Of a DNA stretch of 64,000 nucleotides, positions 1 through 11,914 are shown piece by piece; position 1 is the stretch's first letter; every line of letters starts with the position of its first letter. The notes under the pieces are model-generated. The model was not told the DNA's origin and searched no databases. It worked only from the letters and a program-made list of their open reading frames with translations. The DNA is from Malacoraja senta (Eukaryota). The stretch lies in NCBI GenBank assembly GCA_038087875.1, contig JAXLNO010005673.1:1-64000 (forward strand), read 5' to 3'. Both the position numbers and the translations under genes were made by a program.

Positions 1-1487
1 GATTGGCGTACTGCGCATGTTGTTCCGTTGTTTAAAAAGGGTTCGAAGAGTAAACCTAGCAATTATAGACCTGTTAGTTTGACGTCAGTGGTGGGCAAAT
101 TAATGGAAAGGCTACTTAAAGATAATATATATAAGCATCTGGATAAGCAGGGTCTGATTAGGAACAGTCAACATGGATTTGTGCCTGGAAGGTCATGCTT
201 GACTAATCTTCTTGAATTTTTCGAAGAGGTTACTGGGGAAATTGATGAGGGTAAAGCAGTGGATGTTGTCTATTTGGACTTCAGTAAGGCCTTTGACAAG
301 GTTCCTCATGGAAGGTTGGTTAAGAAGATTCAATTGTTGGGTATTAATGGTGGAGTAGCAAGATGGATTCAACAGTGGCTGAATGGGAGATGCCAGAGAG
401 TAATGGTGGATGGCTGTTTGTCAGGTTGGAGGCCGGTGACTAGTGGGGAGCCTCAGGGATCTGTGTTGCATCCACTGTTGTTTGTCATGTACATCAATGA
501 TCTGGATGATGGTGTGGAAAATTGGATTAGTAAGTATGCAGATGATACTAAGATAGGTGGTGTTGTGGATAATGAAGTAGATTTTCAAAGTCTACAGAGA
601 GATTTAGGCCATTTGGAAGAGTGGGCTGAAAGATGGCAGATGGAGTTTAATGCTGACAAATGTGAGGTGCTACATCTCGGCAGGACAAATCAAAATAGGA
701 CGTACATGGTAAATGGTAGCGAATTGAGGAATGCAGTTGAACAGAGGGATCTAGGAATAACTGTGCATAGTACCCTGAAGGTGGAATCTCATGTAGATAG
801 GGTGGTAAAGAAAGCTTTTGGTGTGCTGGCCTTTATAAATCAGAGCGTTGAATATAGAAGTTGGGATGTAATGTTAAAATTGTACAAGGCATTGGTGAGG
901 CCAATTTTGGAGTATGGAGTACAATTTTGGTCGCCTAATTATAGGAAGGATGTCAACAAAATTGAGAGAGTACAGAGGAGATTTACTAGAATGTTGCCTG
1001 GGTTTCAGCAACTAAGTTACAGGAAAAGGTTGAACAAGTTAGGTCTTTATTCTTTGGAGCGCAGAAGGTTAAGAGGGGACTTGATAGAGGTCTTTAAAAT
1101 TATGAGCGGGTTAGACAGAGTGGACGTGGATAAGCTTTTCCCATTGAGAGTAGGGAAGATTCAAACAAGGGGACATGACGGGAATTAAGGGACAGAAGTT
1201 TAGGGGGAATATTAGGGGGAACTTCTTTACTCAGAGAGTGGTAGCTGTGTGGAATGAGCTTCCAGTGGAAGTGGTGGAGGCAGGTTCAATGTTATCCTTT
1301 AAAAATAGATTGGATGGGTATATGGATGGGAAAGGAATGGAGGGTTATGGTCTGAGTGCAGGTAGATGGGACTAGGGGGAAGTATTATTATTTTTTTTTT
1401 AATTAAAAAAAAATGTTCGGCACGGACTTGAAGGGCCGAGATGGCCTGTTTCCATGCTGTTATGGTTGTATGGTTATATATGGTTAT
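1..1487 (+). mobile_element. CR1 LINE, 3' part (ORF2 reverse transcriptase, 3' UTR, TATGGT-like tail); runs off the window start
   Basis: ORF 28..1188 has NYRPVSLTSVVGK, QHGFVPGRSCLTNL, YLDFSKAFDKVPH, PQGSVL and KYADDTK. It continues after a frameshift in 1175..1375 (FFTQRVVAVWNELP). Tail gggccgagatggcctgtttcc is followed by tatggt repeats. Confidence 0.95.
28..1375 (+). pseudogene. CR1 ORF2 reverse transcriptase, C-terminal part, with one frameshift near 1180
   Basis: Non-LTR RT motifs including YADD, in two overlapping ORFs that need a frameshift to join. Confidence 0.9.
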
Positions 1488-2496
1488 TTAGTTCATGGCT
1501 TGATATGTCTGCCAAAGCAGCCAAGGGAGTAATTTGTTGTGAGCATGTTATATATTATAACATGTAACTGTTTTGAGGCTTGTTTATTTTAATAATTTAG
1601 TTTTATACATTGGATAATTGTAAAAGGGTCTTGAAGAGTGTATGGTTTAACATTTTCCTGCATAATAGATTACATTGGACTGAGATCCTGTATATCAGGA
1701 TAGAGCAAGTTAGTTGCAATCTTCAGATCAGGTTGATATGTATATATATTTTAACGGTGCTTGTGGATGGAAAAGCCACCAAAGTTAGATTTGTGCAGCA
1801 ACTGAGCTACGCCCTCTGTCACTCCCAATGCTACCACAGATTGGAAGCTTTTTCATGGCAGCCATGGATGTTTGGCACCAGAGATGGTCCCAATAATACG
1901 CCAGTTCCTCTCTGTCTCTCAGCGTGTATTTTGTTCTTGCAGTAATCGGGTGAACATAAATCACAGGATGCGATCCCAGTTAAACCCCCCAGTGAAATCT
2001 GCAGATGTTCATCTTAATCTCAGACCTTCATTCTGTTCTAACATGGCTGGCACAAAGATCGTGTTGAATGAGCTGAATACACAACTTCCCAGTATGGTGC
2101 TTGGAGCAGGCCAAGGCTTGGGCTTCTGATAATTTTCAGGATGGTCTGTACATAAATTAAGTTGACCATTTCTAGCTGAATTTTTCCATATTAGGATTTA
2201 CGAGTAAAAGTTCAGGATCTGGTCAGCATTTGCCAACAAATCCTTACTGGTAAATCCTCATAATTTAGTTGGATGGTTTGCAACAGAACACAAATCAGGG
2301 ACCATGTTACCCTCAGCTTAGAAAGCCACAGGGGTCAATTGTCAATTGATACTCATTACCTCAATAACCTCCCACCGCCTAGATTAAGGGGTGGATGGAT
2401 TTTGCCGAGAAATGCTGGGGTCAAGACTTGATCTTGCTTTGTGAGAAAGGACCCGGTATATTGGGGACATGCACTTTTCTAGTTGGTTGCTGAATT

Positions 2497-2640
2497 TTAG
2501 TTTACAGCTTAGTTTCATTTATTTTCGAGTTACAGCATGGAAAGAGGCCCTTCAGCCCACTGAGTCTACGTTGACCATCAATCAGCCGTTCACACTGGTT
2601 CTATATTCTCCTACTTTCACATCCATTCCCTTCCCACTAC
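2497..2640 (-). mobile_element. 3' fragment of V-type tRNA SINE
   Basis: Reverse complement matches the tail of the full SINE copies (gtgggctgaagggcctctttccatgctgta followed by aaact-like repeats). Confidence 0.6.
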
Positions 2641-2800
2641 ATTTGCATCTGGTCAGAGGCCAAGCTGTTGACTTGTTCAATGAAAGATATGAAGGGATGG
2701 GGTGTGTACTCAATATTCACTTGGCAGAGGCCCTCTATCAATCTCTGTTGCTCTACAAAGCCCTCCGAGAATTAAAAGTTCACAGTAAGTTCTTGGAAAG
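2641..2800 (+). mobile_element. Degenerate RTE-clade LINE RT fragment
   Basis: Translation VDLFNERYEGMGCVLNIH resembles the RTE RT segment after YADD (F..AYE.MGL.LNI.KT). Similar to 8962-9128. Confidence 0.5.
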
Positions 2801-3269
2801 CTAGAAATGGTTTCCTAGTCTGGTGAAGGCTCCTGATCCAAATCAAAGTCTGTCCATTTCCTTCCGCAGATACTGCCTGAACCGTTGAGCTCTTCCAGTG
2901 GGTTGAATTTTGCTTACACTTCCCCAGCCTCTTGATAAAAGCAGATTGCTGTAATATTGCTGCTCAATAATAAGGCATTTCATCATGAGAATATCTCGAT
3001 GTTCTGCTTTCAAATATTTCATCTGTTCCAATCTTCAGCTTTTTCTTTGCATTTTCCCCTCAACATTAAAAGGTTAGGAAGTAAAATGGCTTCAACTGGC
3101 CCCATTTGTAATTTTATATCGAAGTCTCGTGATGAGACTACGTGAAGAACCCGCCAGCCGGCATGCGCGTCAATACGTCGTCGCATAGCGTGATATACGG
3201 ATGCATTCAGAAATGCTCCGTCAGGTAAGGTGATTTTTTTCCTTGCAGGAACGGTGCAGCGGGCTCGGA

Positions 3270-3820
3270 GAGGCTGACAGGCGCGACCTGTACAGCAACC
3301 ATCGTTAAAGCTCCGGAAGGGAGCAGATGGCCCAACCTGGTCTCGGAGTAACTGGCAGGCGCGACCTGCACAGTAATCCACCAAGGCTCCGATATGGAGC
3401 AGCCTGCCGCACCGGGATCGGAGATGCTGGCAGGCGGGACCTGCACAGCAACCTCCGTTTAAAGCTCCGAAAGGGAGCAGTTTGGAAGCGTGGGGCCGAA
3501 GAGATGTTGGACAGACGCTGGCCGGTAAGGTCTGCATTCAAACCTCTGTAAAAGCTCTGAAATAGAGCAGCTTGGCGCTGGGATCGGAGACACTGGCAGC
3601 ATAGGCTGTACAGCAACCTCCGCTAGCTCTGAAAAAAGAGCAGGTTGGCGACCCGGGCTCAGGGACGCTGGCAGGGTGGCCTGCACAGCAACCTCTGAAA
3701 GCTCCAAAAAGGAGCAGTTTGTCTACCCCGGGGCTCAGAGATGCTGGCAGGGTGGCCTGCACAGCAACCTCTGAAAGCTCCAAAATGGAGCAGCTTGTCG
3801 ACCCTGGTTCAGGGAAGACC
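3270..3820 (+). repeat. About 7 diverged tandem copies of a ~75-bp GC-rich unit in the DIRS 5' region
   Basis: Recurring ctggcagg..cctgcacagcaacc..aaagctccgaaagggagcag near 3274, 3352, 3427, 3518, 3593, 3668 and 3744; partial copy at about 4194-4240. Confidence 0.85.
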
Positions 3821-4289
3821 AACTCGGAACTGGCTGTTCAAAAGCCATATTGGCCAGGGAAGCACTGCCTCAACATCAAAGATTGAGGTTATCAGGCTGC
3901 TCACAAGAGTGAGGATAACTGAGTGATTGCACTGCACTGATACAGGCAGTTAAATTCAGATATTTGAGGATACCTCCTGCACAGAGGCTGGGAGTTTGAG
4001 GATTCCTCAACACATGCAAAATACTTTCAGCTCACGGCTAAAATAGAGCTGCCAGCACTCTGGAACTTAATTTGCCATCTTCTCGGGGATAGGCAAAGCA
4101 GTAAAGGCTGAAATGGCAAGTAGCATTATTACCTGACTTGCAGGTTCGTGTTGTAAAATATAAATAAATAAATACATACGTAAATAAGAAGCAAAAGCTC
4201 CGAAAGGGAGCAGTTTGGCGACCCGAGTTTGGGGAAGGCCAAGGCCAAAACAGCCAAATATGTCTAAAAGGACAATACTGGGCAGGAAG

Positions 4290-5150
4290 TTACTGCCTCA
4301 TCATCCATTAATGATATCATCTGTCGGCTCTCAAAACTAGAAAACCTGATTGAGAGGTTGGTCGAAGGGAATGTGCTCCGCACGCTGGCGACCGATACAG
4401 GTAGTTCCAGTCAGATGACTGTGGCAGCAATACCTGGTTCAGGGTTGCATTATGATATCTACCGCTCAGAGGAGGGGTGTTTTGAGGAGTATTACATGGT
4501 AGACTCTGACTGTCGGGAAGTCAACAGCGAACTCGAATTCCCTCAATAAGTGGATGATTTGATTCAACTCAAGTCTAAAAGGGAGCTGCTGGCATTTGTG
4601 ACTAAATTTGCCATCCCCTTGGGGATAGGTGAACCATTAGAGGAAGTACTGGCAAGTAGCATTGGTTACTTGACCTTGACCTCATCAGAGAAGAACATGC
4701 AGGACACTGCTGGAAAATATGCTAGTCCTGATAACTGCCAGACACTGGAGGTTCTGAAGGATAATGCCACCATTTGGGGCAAAACAAATTCAAAAGACTT
4801 AAAAACTCCAGTGAGTTTGGAGATTTCTCACAAGAGGGATTACGGCCTTTGCAAGGTCGGTAGAGGGAACTCAATTGTCTGATTTGCAGTAGACGCCTTA
4901 GCACTTCTATGTAATGCACAGTTTGAGCTCAATTGTGTTGCAAAGGATTTGTGCAAGGCAAGTAATGTGCAGTCTGCAAGTATCTCTTTGAAGAGGATTT
5001 GGGCAAGCAAGTAAAATTCAAGGTTGCGGTGGGTGTGGTAAGACATCCTTTGTGGGTAAGACTCCCGGCTACCGGCATGCATATCATCACTACCAAGCTA
5101 TCGGCACCTACCGCTACACAGAGGTTGGTTGGAGCATCAGTCCTACACAA
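4290..5150 (+). pseudogene. DIRS gag-like ORF1 remnant
   Basis: Broken ORFs (4358-4549, 4550-4882 ...KYASPDNCQTLEV..DNATIW) in the position expected upstream of RT; assignment is mostly positional. Confidence 0.5.
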
Positions 5151-5564
5151 TTAAAACCAAGCCAGAGGTCTTTTTTATGAGCAGGTTCACAGGGCTCACC
5201 ATGGAGGCAGCGCACTCCACATACTCAGTATTGTTCCCCAGCAGGCCACGATGCCAAAGCCAAAGGGACAGAGCAAAATCTAGGGTGAGTTGACTCTATT
5301 GATCAACTGCCTAAGGCCAATTTGGTGGTGTCAGTCTCAAGGTTTGCTGGATCTTGGTGGCTGGTGGTGATAATCACCTCTTGTCTATTATTTTATTGGC
5401 AGCCTTGGTGGTTTTTATAGCAAGCTCTTTCTTAGAAACTGCCTTGATCACACCTACAGCCACCGCCTGTATCGTCATAGACAGCAAAGCGACCAAGAGG
5501 TGGGGGCGTTGAGGTATGCAAATATGTTTCCATCAGTCGCATGAGATGTGCTGACGATATTCAA

Positions 5565-6400
5565 GTGTGAGGTAGATTAAGACGGTTCATAAACAGGTGG
5601 GGACAGATAACCTCTGGTCCTTTCAGCTTACTAATCACAAATGGTTATAAGATTGAGTTTCTAGCTGATCAATTTTCTCCGCGGCAAGTGAAGCCAAGAC
5701 ATACGTACATACGGTCTAAAGAGGAAACTATGGCTATCCAAGTTGAAATAGAGAAACTACACAAATAGGGTGTGATTGAGCAGTCTGCCCATCTTCTCAA
5801 GGTTGAAGAATAGTGGAGGATACCGAATCTTTCTAGGATTTAGCTAGTCTAAACACATGCTAGGAATATAACCATTTTTAGATGGATATTTTTAATTCAG
5901 CAAAATAGCTGATTACAGGGGATTGCTTTATGGCCTCAATCGATCTCGAAGATGCATACTATTCAGTACCAATACACGAGAGCCACACCATATCTGTAGG
6001 TTATCTGGCAAGGCCAGCTATGGCAATTTTAGGCTCTACCTAGGGGTTGAGTTCAGCCCAAGGCTATTTATAAAGATTCTAAAGGCAATGTGGCCCTACT
6101 CAGATCTAAAGGGCATATTATCGTGGGGTTTTTGATGACATGCTCATTGTAGGGAAGAGATCATGTGTCATAGAGTTAGCTGTTTCAGCAACAAAGGCAC
6201 TCCTAGAATATCGAGGGTTTGTTATTCATCCAGGAAAGTCCATACTGGAGCCGAAAAAAATCTATTACATATCTAGGGTTTGTCATAAACTCTGCAGATA
6301 TGTCTGTGACCCTATCCACAGATAAGAAACAGAATATTGTAGAGGCATGCACAGGGTATAAATATCGGAAGATGCCTTCAAAGATAATTCAAGACAAGGC
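5565..6400 (+). pseudogene. DIRS reverse transcriptase remnant
   Basis: Manual translation gives V*GRLRRFINRWGQIT...GYKIEF (from 5565), MASIDLEDAYYSVPIH (about 5931), SPRLFIKILK and DDMLI (about 6134), with stops and frameshifts. The RNase H/methyltransferase region seems largely deleted. Confidence 0.85.
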
Positions 6401-6599
6401 AAAATGAATTATAGTAGTGCCAAATTGGCCTATTCAACCATTGTAAATAGGTCTGCTGAAAGAAGCTCCTGTATTTGCTCACAGACACGAGCAGTGGTTC
6501 GTTCAACCTATCACTCGTGCATTTATCACTACATGGTTGTATGGAAAAGGTTTGTGAAGAGACACATGTGAGCTACTTTTAAACAGAAGTAGCAGAGGT

Positions 6600-7800
6600 T
6601 TGGGGGGAAAAATAAAACAATGGAAAAAGTTTTGTGAGGATGCACAACTGAACTACTTTAAGGCAGAAGTAGCTGATGTTTGGAATTTTTTCAGTTTTGT
6701 TTTTTGAGAAGCGTCTAAGTTATAACGCTATTAACATTGTTCCCGGTGCTTTATCATTGTACCTGGTGCTTGGGCTGGGACAACAAACTATTGGCACTCA
6801 TCCATTGGTGTCAAAGTTCATGAAAGGTGTCTTTAATATGAACCCTCCCAGGCCTAGATATAATGAAATGTGGAATGTGAAAGTAGTTTTAAGTTTGCTT
6901 CGCAACCTGGCACCAGCTGCATCACTGACGTTGGAACAACTCGCTCATAAATTAGTGATGCTTATGGCACTTATTTCAGCGCAAAGAGTTCAGTCTTTGC
7001 ACAAACTCCGTCTGGATAACTGCTGTAACTGACAAGAAAGTGGTATTTATATGGATGATCTGATAAAGCAGAGCAGGCCAGGGGTGGTGGGGTACAAGTT
7101 ATATCTGGCAGCATACCCACCAGATCGGAGATTGTGTGTTGTTATTTATGTGAAGAAGTACATTGAAGTTATTAAAAACCTTCGAGATGAGGATAAAGCT
7201 TTCTTCATAAGTTATAAAAAGCCACACAAGAGAGTGTTGGTGCAGACTATTTCTAGATGGATAAAGTGTACGCTGTTGAAAGAGGGAGTGAATACTGATA
7301 TTTTCAAGTCTCACTCCACCAGGGCTGCAGCCACATCGGCAGCAAATAATAATAATAATAATAATGGATTGGATTTATATAGCGCCTTTCTAATACTCAA
7401 GGCGCTTTACATCGCATTATTCATTCACTCCTCAGTCACACTCGGTGGTGGTGAGCTACTTCTGTAGCCACAGCTGCCCTGGGGAAGACTGATGGAAGCG
7501 TGGCTGCTAATCTGCGCCTACGGCCCCTCCGACCACCACCAATCACTCACACACATTCACACACATTCACACGCAGGCAAAGGTGGGTGAAGTGTCTTGC
7601 CCAAGGACACAACGACAGTATGCACTCCAAGCGGGATTCGAACCGGCTACCTTCCGGTTGCCAGCCGAACACTTAGCCCATTGCGCCATCTGTCATCCGC
7701 AAATAGAATGGAGGTTCCTCTGGATCACATTCTTGCAACAGCAGGATGGTCAGATGAACGCAAATGTTTAGGAAATTTGATAATAAACCGGTTAACAGAT
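6600..7800 (+). pseudogene. DIRS tyrosine recombinase remnant, interrupted by a SINE
   Basis: HPLVSKFMKGVFNMNPPRPRY, LMALISAQRVQSL (catalytic R), QTISRWIK, FKSHSTRAAATS (HxxR). After removing the SINE it reads ANRMEVPLDHILATAGWS; the expected catalytic Tyr position reads RKFDNKP after a frameshift. Confidence 0.9.
7349..7698 (-). mobile_element. Full-length tRNA-derived SINE with CORE-like body and L2-type tail
   Basis: Minus strand: A box TGGCGCAATGG, B box GGTTCGAATCC, body gtgtccttgggcaagacacttcaccc, tail tgtaaagcgccttgagtattagaaaggcgctatataaat plus (att)n. TSD GCAAATA at 7342-7348 and 7699-7705. Confidence 0.9.
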
Positions 7801-8021
7801 CTGGACAATTTACAGATAGAATTCTGGGTTGTGTTAATTAAGACATTTGTCTAACCCCGTTGTAATGGGACTTTGGTTCTGTTAAGGGCGATATACATGT
7901 ATGTAAAATTAGCATCATGTTTGAATGGCCTATGTTTGTTCTTTCAACCATTTATGGTTTATCTGTGTAGTGTGTTCACATACAGGTTGGTTTACTGCAT
8001 GAAACCACAGAGCTTCGAAGG

Positions 8022-8129
8022 CTTCACATAGTCTCATCACGAGACTTCGATATAAAATAGAAAGATTAAACGAGAACTTACCGTTTGAAGTTTGATCTTT
8101 ATTTTATGAGAAGTTGGAGAGACTACGTG
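8022..8129. repeat. DIRS internal complementary region (ICR)
   Basis: Reverse complement of both element termini joined end to end (circle-junction image ...tctattttatatcg...). Confidence 0.9.
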
Positions 8130-8884
8130 CCCTCCACTCCCAACCCTGAATCTCATAAAGATCATTCGGTAAGTCAAGCATTATTAATCTTTCTATAGTT
8201 TAATTTTGTGCAAGTGGTCTGTGGTTTCATACATTTGCTTTGAAGATTGACGCGCATGCGGGCTGGCGGGTTCTTCACGTAGTCTCTCACTCCAACCTCA
8301 TAAAATAAAGATCAAACTTCAAACGGTAAGTTCTCGTTTAATCTGTCTATTATGGTGCTCTCTCTGTTCCAGCATGCCAAGCAGAAAATGATTTGAATAT
8401 GGTGGAAATGTTTACTTCCAGTACTTTATTAGCTACATTTTCTAAATAAATGTTTTTTGAAACCTAACAACAATTGGACCTGGTTTGGTACTTATTCGAG
8501 CAACTTTACCAGCCCAGTATTTCCGGAGTTTGTGCTTACATCTGATTGATTCATTTCCAAATCCCTTCTTTCCCCTTTCACTGTGCTATTTGCATGCCCA
8601 CTTACAACATTGTAGCATTCCAATGCAGGGCTCGGGACGTCTTAGACCACATTTTAAATGTGAGTCTTGGATTGGCTCGAGACTTTATTTTGCACTGGCC
8701 TATGTTTCTGACATCGATCTGGCTGCATGTATGGCCCTCATCCCCAAATCTCACACCGGCAATGCCTGTGCCCTGTTCGTGAGCCCTGACTCCAGCTGCA
8801 TGCGGCATCTCATTCTTGAACCCCTACGTCGGCCACAACTGGCCCTCGATTCTGAACCCTATCCTTATCGTAATCTTCATAACT

Positions 8885-9128
8885 GTCAGGAAACAGTTTA
8901 ACCTCTGGCGACTGCCCTTCAGAAACAGGCACAGCAAAACAGTACATAGGCAATCCTTGCGTTTGCACATGGTCAGAGGCCAAGCTATGACATTGTTGAC
9001 TTGTTCACTGAAAGATATGAAGGGATGGGCTTTACACTCAATATTCACTTGGCTGAAGTCCTCTATCAATCTCTGTTGCACCCCAATGCACTTCTACAAT
9101 GAAAAATTCATAGCGAGTTCTTGGTAAG
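8885..9128 (+). mobile_element. Degenerate RTE-clade LINE RT fragment
   Basis: RKQFNLWRL (compare RTE GKLFNLRRL) followed by a segment reading LFTERYEGMGFTLNIH. Confidence 0.55.
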
Positions 9129-9264
9129 ATGGAAACACGTCCCTAGACTGAAGAAGGATCATGGCCCAAAACATCATCCGTCCAATTCCCTCCACAGATA
9201 CTGCCTGACCTGCTGAGGTCTTCCAGCAGTTTGTTTTCTGCCCACACTTCTTGGTAAAAAGCAG

Positions 9265-9366
9265 AAGATAGACAAAAATGCTAGAGAAACTCAGCGGGTG
9301 AGGCAGCATCTATAGAGCGAAGGAAATAAGCAACGTTTCGGGCCGAAACCCTTCTTCAGACTGATG
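9265..9366 (-). mobile_element. Penelope-type terminal repeat with minimal hammerhead motif (9332-9359)
   Basis: Minus strand CTGAAGA-A-GGGTT-TC-GGCCC-GAAACGTT followed by the shared gatgctgcc..gctgagtttctc..agc body. Confidence 0.75.
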
Positions 9367-10756
9367 TAAAAGCAGACATTGATGAAGAAGCTCACCATCC
9401 ACTCAATTAGCCAGCACAGGCTTTAGATGATTTAGGAGAAGGGCATTTGGAGATCAATACCTCAGGCTTGATACAAAGCTCATGGCCTCCTGGGCAATGT
9501 ATATGGAATGGTTTTGCCATCAAAGGCCCCAAAGGCAGAACACACCATTGAATTAGCATGTCTTTCTGGGTGCCAAGGCATTTCTAGGTCCTGCTCCTTC
9601 ACTTAAACCTCTGACTGGTGCAACAATGGACTATGGTACTCTGAAAGCTTCACCAGCATCTTGCAGCAACATTAATGTGACCTTTGTTAGCAACATGCGA
9701 GGATATTGAGGCCAAAGGTTTATAGCTCTAACGAGTTTATAAAATCAATCTTCCACAATCTTTGGCCTTTATGTTTCACTCATGAGGTACTTCTAAAAAT
9801 CTATAGATAATTCCTTTTGGAATATCCCCACTTGCTGCTTTGGTTTAAATGACTAATGGGATCAGATTTCAATCATCCTTTTCAGTAATTAATGAAACTC
9901 ACATGTGGCATGCTATGCACTTTAAACTGTTTAATCTTTTTGGTATATTTTTCAATGCAATGTTTAGTTGAGGTGAAGGGTCACTGGTCATGAAAAGCGT
10001 TGTTACTCTGTAACCTTAGGACTGTCTCTTTTACAGTATATCCAAGAAAAATCAATGAAAATGGTTATCTCTTAAATCTTGGTAGTAAGATCTCTACAAG
10101 GATATTTGCTGTGTTAAAGGTCAAAGGATAGAACTTTAAGGCAGTAAAATGTAATTCCTCATCTGAATTGAATAATAAAGTGTAAAAGAAGTGTCTTTAT
10201 AATTTAATATATCCCAAAGCATCCGTAAAAGTATGCAGAATTATTCAGCAAACACTATTTTTGCTCTTTATGATATATTATGTTTAATTTAACATTGGAA
10301 TGCCAAACGATGCAGCTGACATAAAACCAGCTACTCTTGTTTATGTATTGCTTTAAAGTTAGAGATAAGTCCCAAGGTATTTAGGGGGAGTGTTGTTAAG
10401 CAAAAACAATGCAAAGGTTTAGAGAAGTAAATAGGTTGGATTTTTGCAGTGGAATTGATTCCAGACTTGGTGTCCCTGGTAATTTTCATATACAACTGAC
10501 AGCACCTTTGGGATTTTCATATATGTGTAGCACAGAAGTTAGAAACTTGCTGTCCTGCCAGTGATCTATTGTGTCTTTACTTGTTGCCTTCTTTGCAACT
10601 TTTCCAAGCCAGAATTACTTGAATGGACATGGATTTAATTCATTTATCAACTGTTCCCATTATAAAATATCTTGAATATTTCACATTTAGTGACATAAGA
10701 TTTTAATGACTGCCTGTTTAGCAAAATATATGGCTGTAAAAATAAACTAAATTGAA

Positions 10757-11116
10757 CTGTGTAGGAAGGAATTGTAGATGCCGGTTTACACCAAAAACAG
10801 ATACAAAATGCTGGAGTAACTCAGCGGGACAGGCAGCATCTCTGGATAGAAGGAATGGGTGACGTTTCGGGTCAAGACCCTTTTTCAGACTGAGAGTCAG
10901 GGGAGAGGGAGACACAGAGACAAGGAAGTGTAAGGTGTGAAAACGAGACATCAAAAGGTAGGTAACTGATCTCCTGGTTGCTAAACACTTTACCTCCCCC
11001 ACCAATTCCCATACTGACCTTTCTGTCCTGGGCCTCTTCCACTGTCAGAGTGAGGCCCAGCGTAAATTGGAGGAACAGCACCTCATATTTCGTTTGGGCA
11101 GCTTACATCCCAGCAG
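10757..11116. mobile_element. Penelope-like element fragment: inverted terminal repeat (hammerhead motif 10861-10888, minus) joined to GIY-YIG endonuclease C-terminus (plus)
   Basis: 10968-11114 translates as DLLVAKHFTSPTNSHTDLSVLGLFHCQSEAQRKLEEQHLIFRLGSLHPS. Flanked by direct repeat ACTAAATTGAA at 10746-10756 and 11117-11127. Confidence 0.85.
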
Positions 11117-11914
11117 ACTAAATTGAATTATTGGTAGTGACCACGCCTGGGTTATGAATGCAAAAGTCATGGAACACCTCTAAATATGAACGAGCTGCCA
11201 TTATATTATTAAATTCAAAAGTCCAATGTATACACATACTTCTATTCCTACGAACAGAAAACCTAGTTTCCCCTCTTGCTCACTACTAGTAATTGTTCTT
11301 GTGTGCTTTTGATGGCATTCATTACAATACTGTGGATGTATGGCTACAATATCGAGACTTCTGTACGACTATGAAAACATAACTCGTTCCTTACCTGGAG
11401 ACGACCCCTATTATAATTTCCTCACATGAATATTTCTATGGTTAAGTGTTTTAAAATGTTAATTATCTATAACATTTATTTTGGGTATTTCAACATCTAT
11501 GTTAACATCTGAATGTTTCAGTCTTCATTGAGAGCCCTTTGTATTGTTAACAAATTTAGAATTTGTTTCCTGCTTTCTATATGTGCGGAGTTTAATGTGG
11601 CTTGATGTCCAGTCAGTCAAATGACATTAGAACTGCTGGGCACAGTTATGCCTTGCACTGATGTCTGGCGGCAGCAGGCATCAGGAAAGGAGAAGATCTC
11701 ACTAAATGCTATGTTTTGCACTGACTGCAAATTCTGAGCGATATCAAGTATGTTTTGTGTATTCAACTGGTGTACTACAGGATGGCTCACTCGTTTGTGG
11801 CCGGAGATGTTTTTGTAAATCATTCATATCTCCTCTGGTATTTCTCAGACATACTAAAGGTATACTGCTAACATAAAACCACAACATCACGGGTCATGAT
11901 ACCATAGTGATTGC

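Larger units (their letters stand above)
3111..8350 (+). mobile_element. DIRS1-type tyrosine-recombinase retrotransposon (degenerate ORFs, intact terminal structure)
   Basis: Left ITR 3134-3174 is the inverse of 8246-8286. ICR 8022-8058 is the reverse complement of the left end 3111-3147, and ICR 8057-8129 is the reverse complement of the right end 8276-8350. RT and YR remnants lie in between. Confidence 0.93.

Noticed and set aside
28-1188. 386-aa ORF as a host gene
   Set aside because: It is CR1 ORF2 RT with a frameshifted C-terminus and a LINE tail.
3270-3820. CRISPR-like repeat/spacer array
   Set aside because: Units are diverged tandem copies without unique spacers, inside a eukaryotic retrotransposon, with no cas genes.
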